Source: Blepharisma stoltei ATCC 30299 (taxonomy: Eukaryota > Protista > Ciliophora). Taken from it: 64,000 nucleotides of DNA. Made by a program: the position numbers and the translations under genes. The DNA lies in the NCBI GenBank assembly GCA_965603825.1, contig CBFDEM010000025.1, positions 62,001 through 126,000 on the forward strand, written 5' to 3'. Numbering within the stretch: the stretch's first letter is position 1; every line of letters begins with the position of its first letter. A model generated the notes under the pieces. The model worked only from the letters and a program-made list of their open reading frames with translations, was not told where the DNA came from and did no database searches. Positions 13,301 to 25,456 of the stretch are shown here, one piece after another.

Positions 13301-14544
13301 CTTTAGTTCCTTTGTGGTCTTTTGAAGAAATGCCCCCAAAAATTTCATATGCAAACTTGTATAACACAATAGGAAAATTCATTTTTCATGTAATTTATAT
13401 ACAGGGAAAAAGCTTAATAGCAAATATTAATAATAAACAAGACTATAAGGGCAATTCAAAGTTTTTAGTCATGAATGGACTAGATTTTGCTTATGAGTAT
13501 ACAGATATTGCTATGAAAGGAATAAAAAAATGCGAAATAGTTCGGGTAAAAAGCAATGGATCTATTATAAGAGCATTATTGATTCTTGGATTTTGTGCGC
13601 TTATATTTCTTGAATTTATTATTATTGGGTTTATCATACTTGTGTCAATAAAACATGATGAATTTTGAAATTTTTTGTTAAATAATGCTCAGCTCTCATT
13701 ATCCAAGCTTAAATTTTCTTCAGTTGAAAGGTTAATGACTATTCATGGAGTTAATTATAATTCTGATATGAAGATGGAAAGAGAAAAATTTTTGAATAAA
13801 AATAGAAAAGTTAAAACGTTTTTGTACATAAAATACTCATGAAGGATAATGATATTTTTTACAATAGCTGCATCTTATTACTTATTAATTGGTACATTTT
13901 TATACCCAAACTGTGAGAAATCGATGACAAATAGGCCCGAACTTTTGAGTAATTTTAACCTAAGACGATCATTGCTATCAAGATTAAGCATATTTTCCAG
14001 AGATATCTATCAGCCCTATATCATTTTAAATTTCCCATCCAACTATAGTTTTGCCAATTCCTACGCCATGCTATATAAAACTCTAGATGACTTAAACTTA
14101 TTAAATAAAGAAATCCGTCAAAATAAATTTTCAAGCCTAATGTCCCAAGAATTGATGGACAGTCTCTTTGAAAAATCTAACTCGAGCCTGCCAGTGCTGC
14201 ACTATGGCACTGAATCATCAATTAATACAATCGTATGAGATCTAGAAAATTTAGCTGCCAGAACCACCCTTCAGCCAGGCGATGTAACAGTTGCTTTTTT
14301 AAGCCAAGTCACACAAATCCAAAACGAAATTGGGTATGAATTTGGGCTTGTTGACGATGATTCTAAAGAAATTATAAATAATCAATTGAATATCATTATA
14401 GAAGTGACAGCGCTTTATTCAGCTTCTCTTTGTGTATTATATTTTTTGTATTATTTACCATATTTGAACGGCCAAATCAAACTACTGAAAAAATTTGCAA
14501 TTTTACCTACAATTTTGCCTATGAACGCAGGGCAGGTGTATTAA
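10378..14544 (+). CDS. Array copy A2, TmcB/TmcC-like PAS-domain multi-pass membrane protein (~1383 aa)
   Basis: Single frame with TGA=Trp at 11587, 13666, ~13840 and 14236. It has an N-terminal multi-TM block, a helical region, a PAS-like segment (GKILYLNEK...FIPQPYDALHDKLM) and a C-terminal TM/extracellular module. Ends at TAA 14544. Confidence 0.85.
13390..13404 (+). other. 15-nt intron without an in-frame stop (A2, intron 2 position)
   Basis: gtaatttatatacag at the same site as intron 2 of A1 and A6-A8. It reads VIYIQ if retained. Confidence 0.8.
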
Positions 14545-14643
14545 TTGCTGATAGCTTAAATAATTATTTTTAAATTTTTATGAAGTAATTAAAACTATGC
14601 AATTAATGTAAAATAAAATATTAAATAAAATATTTCCACAAAT

Positions 14644-17600
14644 ATGTTTGAAGTAGATGAATTAGCAGAAAAACGCAGTTATGAATTTAGAGGACTTTTA
14701 AAAGGAATGAATTTTGCGACTAGGCTGAATCATTGCATATTAAACTTTTTTGGTAAAATTTTCAGAATAAAATACAACAGAAAGACTTCAATTAAAACTC
14801 AGATGGCCTACGAAATAACTATTAACATTATAATTGTGCTGCAATTGAGCAGCTTAGTGTGATATCCAGATTTAAAGATTTCTGACTGAAGTTCATACCA
14901 ACCTATATGGCTTTTTCTTAGCTACTCAAGCTACGATAGCATTTGTGCACAGTCTTATATCATGAATTTCTGTTTTTATGGGACTTCATCTTTATTTGGG
15001 CTTTGCTTGGCTTTTTTAGCAATTTTTAGGATTTTTCTGAAAATCGAGAAGCCGATACCAATATTTCTTATAATAATTTTTGAAAAATTTATATGAATAA
15101 TGATGACTTTATGCTTCATTCCCAATGTGATGATTTTATTAATGACTCTTAAATATTCAATTATAGCTTCAGAAACAATTGAAGAATATTCTGGAGATAT
15201 AAAAAGTGACAGCTTAAATTACGGCTTAGTTGGGATTTTTATTGTGATTAGCTGTTTTTGCATTTTAGCTCCTATTACTATTTATTCTGAAATTTTAGCT
15301 GTGATATAAAACATACAAATTCCAGCAGAAATGTAAAAGCGAGAACTTGTGCTGAATTAGACTTTGAAAAAAAGATTTTTTATGTAATTATGTGCATATT
15401 TTATGTAACTTTAGGAAATGGTAATGTCATCCTTCTTGAAATACTATCATTGATTTATACGGTTTATATTATGATAAAATGCATAGTATTTCTGCCTTAT
15501 TACAATATTTTTGAAAATTGTATAGAGTCTTGCAAAATGGCTGCAGTTTCTTTAAGTATACTGATATTTCTTTTTGCGAATTTGCTGGATAATGCGACGG
15601 TTATAGCGCATTTTAATATAATTTTGCAGCCAATTGCAATATATATGGTGTGTAGAATTATTAAGCGTAGATACTTAAAATTAAAAGAATGCAAAGATAT
15701 CCCAAAAAATCAGTATGAATTTGAGCTAAAATACCGGGATTTATTAACAAATCCGAATTTAGAAGACAAAACACAAGTATTAAGCCTTTTTAAAAGATTT
15801 TCTGAAATGTGCCATTTCCAAAAAAACAAGCTTTTTGCCATATGAGAATTCAATTTCTGCTTTCATGTAATCAAAGACGAAAGACTTGCTCGAGTAAAAC
15901 TTTCAAAAATTTCAAAAAATTCTTCATCTCTCGAAGGAGATGCCTATGAATGAAAAATTTTTAATTGGCTCTGTGCTAATAAAAAGTTGATATTTTTTTC
16001 AGACATCAATTATTTAACGTATTTAATGGAGTTAAGCAGTGTGAGGGCAAAAGACGAAGAATTGTGCTATATTGTAATTGATTTAGAGGGTGAATTTTCA
16101 CAGAGAAAGCCAAGAATTGAGAGAATTGTTGATTTAGTTGACCATATTTCTGACAGTATTGGGATTATAAAAAAAGGATATAAAAATATTGCTGAAAAGC
16201 ACAAAACAACAGAAACACTTGAGCTATATGCAGGATTTCTTGGTGACATCCTAGGCAATTATGATGAAGCTGACCAAATTGCTAGTAAAAAAAATGGGAT
16301 GAGTGTATATAATCAAAGAAATGAAGACAAAAGATTAGAAAAATATGGCAGAGATATAGCTACAATGCTTATTTCTTGCTCAGATGAATCTTTTGGCAAC
16401 ATTCTTTACATTAACGAAAAGGCCATCCAAATTTTAAAAACCTCATTAATTCCTTCCCAAGAGCTGAAATTTACAAATTTTCTTCCAGCCCCATATGATG
16501 TTTTGCATTTAAAGCTTGCAAAAGATTTTCTTACAAATTGCAGTTCAACGGACTTAGAAGACCATAAGAGGCTATTCTTTGAAGATCAGAGAGGCTACAT
16601 CATGGAGTGTAATTTATTAATAAAATTGACCGCATTTCACGACTCTGCCTATTTTTTAGTATCTTTTCAACAGAAAAAAAAAGATCATCAACTAGCTATT
16701 GTTTCACAAGAAGGCATAATACAGTCCCACACAGAATTATTTCCTTACTACGTAGGCCAAGAAAAAAAGCTATTAAAAAATAAAAACCTATCAGATTTAA
16801 TCCCAGCCCTTTCTATAGAAAAAATGCAAGACTACGAGCCTTGGATCACTATATGGGAAACCCGAGAACTTGCCTTTATAAAAATCCCTAAAAAAATAAA
16901 ATCTATTGTGGTATATTTATTAATCGTGGCCTACAATGAAGAAGAAATTAGTAAATGGAAAACTGGGGAAGCCCAAGAACAGCTGGATATGATAAGTGAT
17001 CAAGATGTGGAAAATAATGAAGAAAGCTATTCAGACAAAAGAGAAAGAAAAAGGGCTGAAATTAAATGCCATTCGATAGGGGAAGTCACTTTTTCAATGA
17101 AATCTATTGATAAAACTGAAACTGATATTTTTACACAAAATATGGACAGCTCTATGATGAAAGACCAAAAAGAGCACGAAAGGTCGCTTGACGAAGAACA
17201 TTCTAAGCCTACTTTATCAAAAAAAAGTAACTTTTATTAAGATTTTGCAAAAAGGCTCTTAATAGAGTCAAAAAGAACTATAAGAGTTTTACAATGGGTG
17301 TTATTTTTTGTGGTAAATTTAATATAGATATTATCAGGCATAACAACAGTCATAGCAATAGCTGCATATATGGTGGTCGATGTGTCACATTCTACGTCAA
17401 TGAGCGCTTTTAATCGTATGGGGCAGCTTCTCTATGACATTGGCTTATGTTCAGACTGAGCCCGGTCAATTAACAGGGTTGCAGACACATTCTGGCTATC
17501 CTTAAATTCATCACATTCTTCATCTTCATTAAAATCTTCTTTACAATCAAATGTAAACAGCATGGCCACTGTCATTGAAGACCTAGAAAACGTCCAAAGC

Positions 17601-18875
17601 TACCTATTAGACGATTTTAGCAAATGGTCTTACTGCTCAAATTCAGATATTTTAGTAAGCCCTTATATCCCAGTATGGCTTTTTAATGGAGACCAAGTGA
17701 CTATGATCCATGACAACCTTTTTAACACAGTTTCCAGATTTATAATAAATGGGCATTCCTTAATGGCAGAATCACTGATAAATTCTACATATCAAGAACA
17801 TGCTAAATTTTTAATGATAAATGGGCTAGGGTTTACATGGAATTATTTTAATCGAACGATGGCTGGGGTAGCTGATTGTGAGCTGCATAGAGTAAAGACA
17901 ACTGGGAGCAATATAAGAGCTTTTTTATATGTAGGGCTTTCTACTTCAGGAGCTTTATACTTAATATTAATTGGATTTATTATGCTTGTTTCAAGAAAAC
18001 ATGATGAGTTTTGGACTTTTATTTTAAATAATGCAGCCCCGTCTTTAGCAAAATTAAAGATTACTTGTATTGATAGACTAATTACAGCACATGGGGTAGA
18101 CTATGCGTCGGAAACTAAAATTGATGTACAAAAACACATAAAAAAGACTATAAAAACTACTATTTATATTAGCTATATCTGAAGAGTCACCATGTTTTTG
18201 ACGATTGGTATCTCTTATTATTTGCTGCTGCAGTTGTACTTATACCCTAAATGTGAAACTATGATGATAAATCGGCCTAAATTTATTAACACTTTTAACC
18301 TTAAAAGATCACTGTTATCAAGGCTTCTGATTTTTTCAAGAGATGCGTATTCCCCTTATTTTATCAACATTTTTAATGAAACTTATGATTTTCCTAGCTC
18401 AAAAATCATGATAGAAAGAACCTCAAAAGCCGTCAACGACCAAGTCCAAGAGCTAAAAAAGCAGGATTTTATTGATTTACTTTCAGATGAGCTGAAAACC
18501 AAAATTTTCGAACATGAAAAAAATTCGACAGTAGATTTTACTGCATATGGGATTGAGGACGGTGTTATGGTTTTGGTAGGGGATTTAGTGTCTTTTTCTC
18601 ATAATAATTTATCAGACCCTTCAGTGCTCCAACAGTTAATTGATTATTCAGTTGTTATTCAAAGACAAGTTGGGGAGGAATTTGATCTGGCAGATAGAGA
18701 CTCAAAAAAGCTGATAGAGGACCAGCTGGAAATTATTATCGATGTAATGGCGGTTTATTCATCAGCTATGTGTGTGCTGTTTTTATTTTATTATTTGCCT
18801 TACTTGAATCGCCAAATTAATAAGCTGAAGAAATTTGCAATTTTGCCGACGATTTTATCAATTGAGTCTGATTAG
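14644..18875 (+). pseudogene. Array copy A3, TmcB-like PAS membrane protein with a frameshift and a premature TAA
   Basis: 1-nt deletion in a T run at ~15293-15296 (gaaattttagc versus gaaatttttagc in A5). In-frame TAA at 17238-17240 where paralogs have ATA/TTA. Intron at 17313-17327. Confidence 0.7.
17313..17327 (+). other. 15-nt intron (A3 intron 1)
   Basis: gtaaatttaatatag at the conserved position. Confidence 0.9.
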
Positions 18876-19068
18876 GGTTGTATAGACATAATTATGATAT
18901 ATAGTTTAAATAAAATTTAGAGTTATATATGCAATATTAAATATATAATTTATAAATTATATAAAATGTTCGTGATGGCTAGTTATCTTCTATATATTTG
19001 CATACATGCAATGGTAGGTAAGCTTAAATTATTTGAATACTAGTTTAGATTAATATCTATTGGTTAAT

Positions 19069-20253
19069 CTATGCCTCATTTTGAGAGGCCAGGTCTAAAT
19101 GCATTAGTCGTTCTTTAAAAAGTTGAATGTTCTTCTTAATGCCGTCGCAGTAAATTAAAAGATCATTAATATTGACATCTAAATCTTTAAAGATATGCAA
19201 TAAATGCTCCATGCTAGTTTCAACAGCTTGAAAGATATTGAAATTATTATCAAAGAAATGAGCCGCTGCTTGAACGCGATCTGTTTGGTTTCTATTTGCT
19301 AAGGCGTATCTAATTATTGGGTCTGTATTACTAGCGTACTGAAATTTTCCATTGCCTGCTAAAAATCCTTCAAATAAGCCGTCTCCTATATAGTTAAATT
19401 CTTCTTTTATATCAAAATCAATCAAATGTAAAGAAATTTGGCCATTAATTTCAAGAAATCCAAAATTTTCTTTGTTTGTTGTGGTATCAGATAATCGTAA
19501 AATTCTTGAAATCACATCTATTTTTATGAGTTCGTCACAAATAAGAGGATATTCTTCAGGGATGTCTGGATTCAGAAATTTCTTATAGAACTTGCTGTAC
19601 TCATTAAATGATCCTCTCTCATTCAAATCTTCTGTAGCTATATAAAAATTCTTCTTATCTTCTCAGAAAAAGTGAGCTTCAGGGCCTAAATTCAATTGAT
19701 GAAGTAGATGATATACAAAAACCTCTTTTGGATCAATTTCTTTTACTGAACTTTTTAAGCTTGAATACGATAACGCTCCATGCTTGTGAGTTTTAATGAA
19801 AAACGTCCTTGATTCTGTAGGAGAAATGGCGATATGAATTCTTCTTCCAAGCTGAATACCACTTGTTTTTTCAGAAAACGAAAGATTTTCAGGCCCTCTT
19901 AATTGAAAAAATTCAATAAAATACCTAGCAGCAGTATTTTCTAGCCTCTTATAGGAAAGTTCATTGTAGAAATATTTAATCATAGTCGTATGCTTCAAAA
20001 GTTCCAGATTGTTTTTAAGGGCCCAAAACGAAATTTCATCGGCTGCTTTCTTTTGAAAAACTTCATTCTGACTTTCTAGTCTTTCCAAAGCTTTTCGAAT
20101 ATTTTCAACTTTAACTCCTTCCAGACTTCTCTTTAAGCAAGCTTTGCTTTCTTCTAGTGAATCTCTTTCCAGATTAAGATCATGAAAATTAAAAGGACTA
20201 ACTGAAGCAATTTCGAGCTGCTTGCCTTCTTCTTCTTCTTCTTCCGATATCAT
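19069..20253 (-). CDS. ~394-aa atypical kinase-fold protein (HipA / PI-kinase / effector-kinase-like motifs)
   Basis: ORFs 19663..20253 and 19069..19626 join through TGA=Trp (HFF-W-EDKKNFYIATEDL). Motifs are FFIKT (VAIK-like), KEVFVY (helix-C Glu), LSDTTTNKENFGF (catalytic-loop-like) and LIDF (DFG-like). Confidence 0.65.
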
Positions 20254-20988
20254 TATAAATATAACAATTATTATTTTTCAATCACTAAAGAAATTCATTA
20301 TCTTTATTACATAGTGCTTTTCTTTATTAAAGATATTTATAGAGCCAATTTTGCTTCAAAAATTATTATTAAAATATGGGGCACTTTTAATATTCTAATA
20401 AATTTGTGTAATTTTTATTAATTTTCTATGAAGCTCTTGCATATAAAATAAAAATTTATTTTAAAGCCCAGAGATTGTATAAAGAAAAAGTTTATTAACT
20501 CTCATTGTTTGTTTGCATGAAAAAACTATTTCAAATCGTGCTTCTCTCTATAAAACTTATAAGTTTGCTAAATAAGAGAAATCATCACTCACTTTGCAGG
20601 CAAATTATTCAATTCCAATGTATTAAGGGCTAAAGGACCCATTTCATTTCGTGTTATTGCATTAAAGCAGCCAATAGTAAATTATATATCAGCACAATCA
20701 TTTAGTGCAGAAATACGAAATGTTTACTTTATAATAAACTCTTTAGAGTCATATAAGTCTTAAAACCTCATTTTCATTTGATTTTTTTCAAATTTTGTAT
20801 TTTTATCTAAAATTTTTTTAGTACTAATGATAATGATTATTCAGCCTGTACCAAAACAACATCTACAAGCTTCTCGCAATTTAAAAAACAAATTTTATCT
20901 AACTAGAGACTTATATAAAACTCTAAAATACATAAAAAAATCTTATAGTTTCCAAATATAAAAAACTTCAGTAAATTTATTATTTAAT

Positions 20989-23900
20989 ATGTTTGATGAA
21001 AGTGAATTAACTGGAAAAACTAACAATGAATTTCAAGGTGATCTAAATCCTATATCCTGTGGAGAAAAAGCAGAAAATTTTATTTTCAGGATTTTTGGAA
21101 AGGTTTTCAGAACAAAATATCATAGAAGAATTTCAGTCAAAACTCAGATGACCTACGAAATTGTGACAAACATTATTATAGCTCTCCAACTAAACAGTTT
21201 AGCATGATACCCAAATTTAGGCATTTCTAATTGGAGCTCTTATAAGACTATATGAATGACTTTAAGCTATTCAAGCTACGATAATATTTGTGCAAGTTTT
21301 TACATTATGAATTTCTGCTTTTATGGGACATCTTCCTTAATAGGACTATGCCTTGTATTTTTTGTTTTTTTTGGATTTTTTTTAAAATTCGACAAGCAGA
21401 TACCAATATTATTTATCATGATTTTTGAAAAAATCATATGGATTCTTGGCACTATATGTTTTATTCCAAGTGTAATGATCCTATTAATGACTTTTAAATA
21501 TTCAATTATAACTTCCAAAACAATTGAAGAATACTCTGCAGAAGTAAATAGTGATAGTCTGGATTATGGCCCAGCTGGCATTATCATTGTAATTTGCTGT
21601 TTTTGTATATTAGCACCTATTATTATATTTTCTGAAATTTTTAGTTGTGATATAAAACATGTAAATTCCAATAGAAATATAAAAGCAAGGGCTTGTGCTC
21701 AGCTAGATTTAGAAAAAAAAGGTTTCTATGTGATGATGTGCATATTTTATATAACTTTTGGCTACCCAAATGTTGCTCTACTACAGATTTTAGCATTGAT
21801 TTATTCATTTTATCTTATGATTAAAGATATATTGTACCTTCCTTATTATAATATTTTTGAAAATTGTATAGAATCATGCAAAATGGCTATGATTTCTTTA
21901 AGCTTATTAATATTCTTATTCGGCCGTTTGCTGGATAATGGAACCATTATAGTAAACTTTAATATATTTTTACAGCCACTTACATTATACCTAGTTTATC
22001 GTGTTATTAAACGCAGGTACTTAAAAGCAAAAGAAAGCACAGAAACTCCAAAAAATCAATATGAGTTTGAACTAAAATTTCGCCATTTATTATCCAATTC
22101 AAATCTAGAAGAACAATCCCACGTGCTAAACCTATTTAAAAAATTTTCTGAATTAAGCTATTTCCAAAAAAATAAGCTTTTCGCTATATGAGAATTTAAT
22201 TTTTACTTTTATGTAATAAAAGATGAAAGACTTGCCAGAGTAAAATTATCAAAAATTCAAAAAAATCCATCTTCTTTAGAAGGAGATATCCAAGAATGAA
22301 AAATTTTTAATTGGTTATCGACTAATAGGTCTTTTGTTTTTCCTGATATTAACTATTTAGCGTATTTAAGAGAACTGAACAGAATAAAAGCTATGGATGA
22401 AGAATTGTGCTATATTTTAATTGATTTACATAGTGAGCTCTCACAGAGAGTGTCAAGAATTGAAAAAATTCTTCATTTAGTCCACAAAACTTCAGCTAAT
22501 ATAAGTTGCATCAAAAAAGGCTATAAAAATATAATCGATAAACACAAAACAACTGAAACTTTTGAGCTTTATGCAGGATTTCTTGAAAATATTTTAAGTA
22601 ACTATGATGAAGCTGATCATGTTATTAACAGAAAAAACGGAATTAGTGTATATAATCAAAGAAATGAGGATAAAAGGCTAGAAAAATATGGCAAAGAAGT
22701 AGCCATAATGCTTATTTCATGCTCAGATGAATTTTTTGGAAATATTCTTTATATTAATGAAAAAGCTGTACAAATTTTAAAAACTTCATTAATAGCCTCA
22801 CAAGAACTGAAATTTACTTATTTTCTTCCAGCTCCTTACGACTCATTTCATATAAAGCTTGCAAAGAATTTTCTTTTAAAGTGTAATACCACTGACTTAG
22901 AAGGCCATAAGAAACTGTTTCTTCAAGACCAACAAGGCTATCTTATTGAGTGCAATTTATTAATAAAATTGACAGCACTACACGATTCGGCCTATTTTTT
23001 GATGTCTTTTCAGCAGAAAAAAATAGACCATCAGGCAGCTATAGTCTCTGAAGAAGGTATAATTAAAGCTCATACAGAATTGCTTTCTTATTATATAGGA
23101 AAAGAACAAAAATCTTTAAAAAATCAAAATTTATCGGAACTAGTTCCACTTCTTAATATAGAAAAAATGAGGGATTATGAACCGTGGATTATTTTTTGAG
23201 AAAATCGCGAATTAGCTTTCATAAAAGTTCTGAAAAAAATAAAATCAATTTCGGTATATTTATTGATTGTTGCTTATAAGGAAGAAGAAATCATTAAATG
23301 AAAAACAGGAGAAGCACAAGAACATTTCGATATGATAAGTGACCAAGACATGGGCAGCGAAGATAAGGGTAAATGGGAAAAAGAAAAGAAAAATGCTGAG
23401 CTAAAAAATCTTTCAATTAGTGAAATGAATTTTTTACATAAAACCACAGACAAAACTGATACTGATATTTTTACACAAAATGTGGATAGCTCTATTATGA
23501 AGGATCCAATAGAGCATGAGAGACAGCACAATGAAGACTATTCCAAGCAGGCTTTATCAAATAAGAGTAATCTTAATATAGATGTTGCAAAGAAGCTTCT
23601 TATAGGAACAAAAAGAAGAATAAGGATTCTTCAATGAGTATTATTTTTTGTGGTAAAAAAAACTTAGATATTATCCGGAATTACAACAGTAATCGCAATA
23701 GCTGCATATATGGTAGTGGATGTATCTCACTCATTATCAATGAGCGCCTTTAATCGCATGGGAAGGCTGCTTTATGATATTGGTTTATGCTCGGACTATG
23801 CCCGAACAATTGACAGACAAGCAATTTCAAGATCACAGCCCTCATCCCTTGCTGAAAATTTAGAATTCTTTTCCAATATAATGCAAGACCTCGAAATTAT

Positions 23901-25179
23901 CCAAAAATATTTATTGAGCGATTTCAGTAAATGGTCATACTGCTCAAGCTCAGATATTTTAATACAACCATATATTCCTATATGGCTTTTTCATGAAGAT
24001 CAATTTAATATTATTTATGAAAATCTTTATGACACTGTTTCAAGATTTATCGTTACTGGAAATTCATTTATATCTGAAATAAAATCAAATATAACTCATG
24101 AAGATAATGCAAAATTTTTAATAATGAATGGACTAGGATATACATGGGACTATTTAAATATGACAATGACTGGAATTGTAGATTGCGAAGTAAATAGAGT
24201 GAAATCAACTGGAATCAATATAAAGGCACTTTTATATGCAGGATTTTCAGCATTAGGAGCTTTGGTTTTAATTGTGATTGGATTTATAATTCTTGTGTCA
24301 AGAAAACATGATGAGTATTGAAATTTTATATTAAATAATGCCCAGCCATCTCTTGCTAAATTAAAAATTGCTTGTATTGAGAGGCTTATTACAGCTCACG
24401 GAGTAGATTATTCATCTGAAACAGCTAATACATCTAGGATTATTAAGAAAAAAATAAAAACAAAAATTTATATAGGCTACATGATAAGACTCATGATTTT
24501 TTTAGGAATCGGCGCTTCTTATTATTTATTGTTGGAACTATATTTATACCCTAAATGCGAAACTATGATGATAAACAGACCTAAATTTATAAATTCATTT
24601 AACCTCAAGCGTTCTCTTCTATCAAGACTGCTTATTTTTTCAAGAGATATTTATTCCCCTTATTTTACCGACATTTTTAACAAAAATTACGAATTTCCAA
24701 GCTCAAAAATTATGTTAGAATCAACAGCAATAACCCTATATCAGCAAGTAAAACTCTTAAGAAACCATGAATTTATGGACTTAATGTCAGACGAGTTAAA
24801 ATCTCGAGCATTTGAACATGAGACAAATTCCATCCTAGATTTTTCTCAATATGGGATTGAGAATGCTATTATAAGCCTAATTAATGAAATTATCAGTATT
24901 TCTCATATTGAAAATCTACCAAGTTTTGTCCTTCCGATTTTAGTCACTTATTCTGTAGCAATACAAACAGAAATTGGACAGGAATTTGATTTAGCTGATA
25001 GAGACTCAAAAAGATTTATAGAGGATGAGCTTAAGATTATTATTGATGTCATGATTATTTATTCATCAGCTATGTGTGCGCTATTTTTCTTTTATTATTT
25101 GCCATACTTGAATTACGAAATCAATAAACTGAAAAAATTTGCAATATTACCAGTAATTTTGTCAATGGAAGCAGAGTAG
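20989..25179 (+). CDS. Array copy A4, TmcB-like PAS membrane protein (~1391 aa)
   Basis: One frame with TGA=Trp and one intron at 23653-23667. Ends in TAG. Confidence 0.85.
23653..23667 (+). other. 15-nt intron (A4 intron 1)
   Basis: gtaaaaaaaacttag. Confidence 0.9.
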
Positions 25180-25456
25180 GGGATTTATAATTTCTAAAAC
25201 GCTTAAAATAAATTTCTAAAATTATGCTTTATTTAACCCTACTATTTATTATTGTATATAATATCAAAATGTCTTTATTTTAAAATAATCTAAATACTCA
25301 TAGTTTTACCTGTACAATTTTTAGAAAAATGTATTTGATTTTAAGATAGAGACATTGTTTCAATCTAATAAATAATTGATGCTCCAACTCCTATAATATT
25401 AAAAAATTAATCATTTTAAAAGCTGCTTTTATAAAATACGAATGTTTTATAAAAAT

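Noticed and set aside
17238-17240. In-frame TAA as evidence of an ambiguous, Condylostoma-like code with all stops reassigned
   Set aside because: It is a single case, aligned to Ile/Leu rather than Gln, in a copy that also has a frameshift.
20500-20720. Slightly GC-richer patch between the atypical kinase and A4, possibly a gene relic
   Set aside because: I found no recognisable motif or sustained reading frame.
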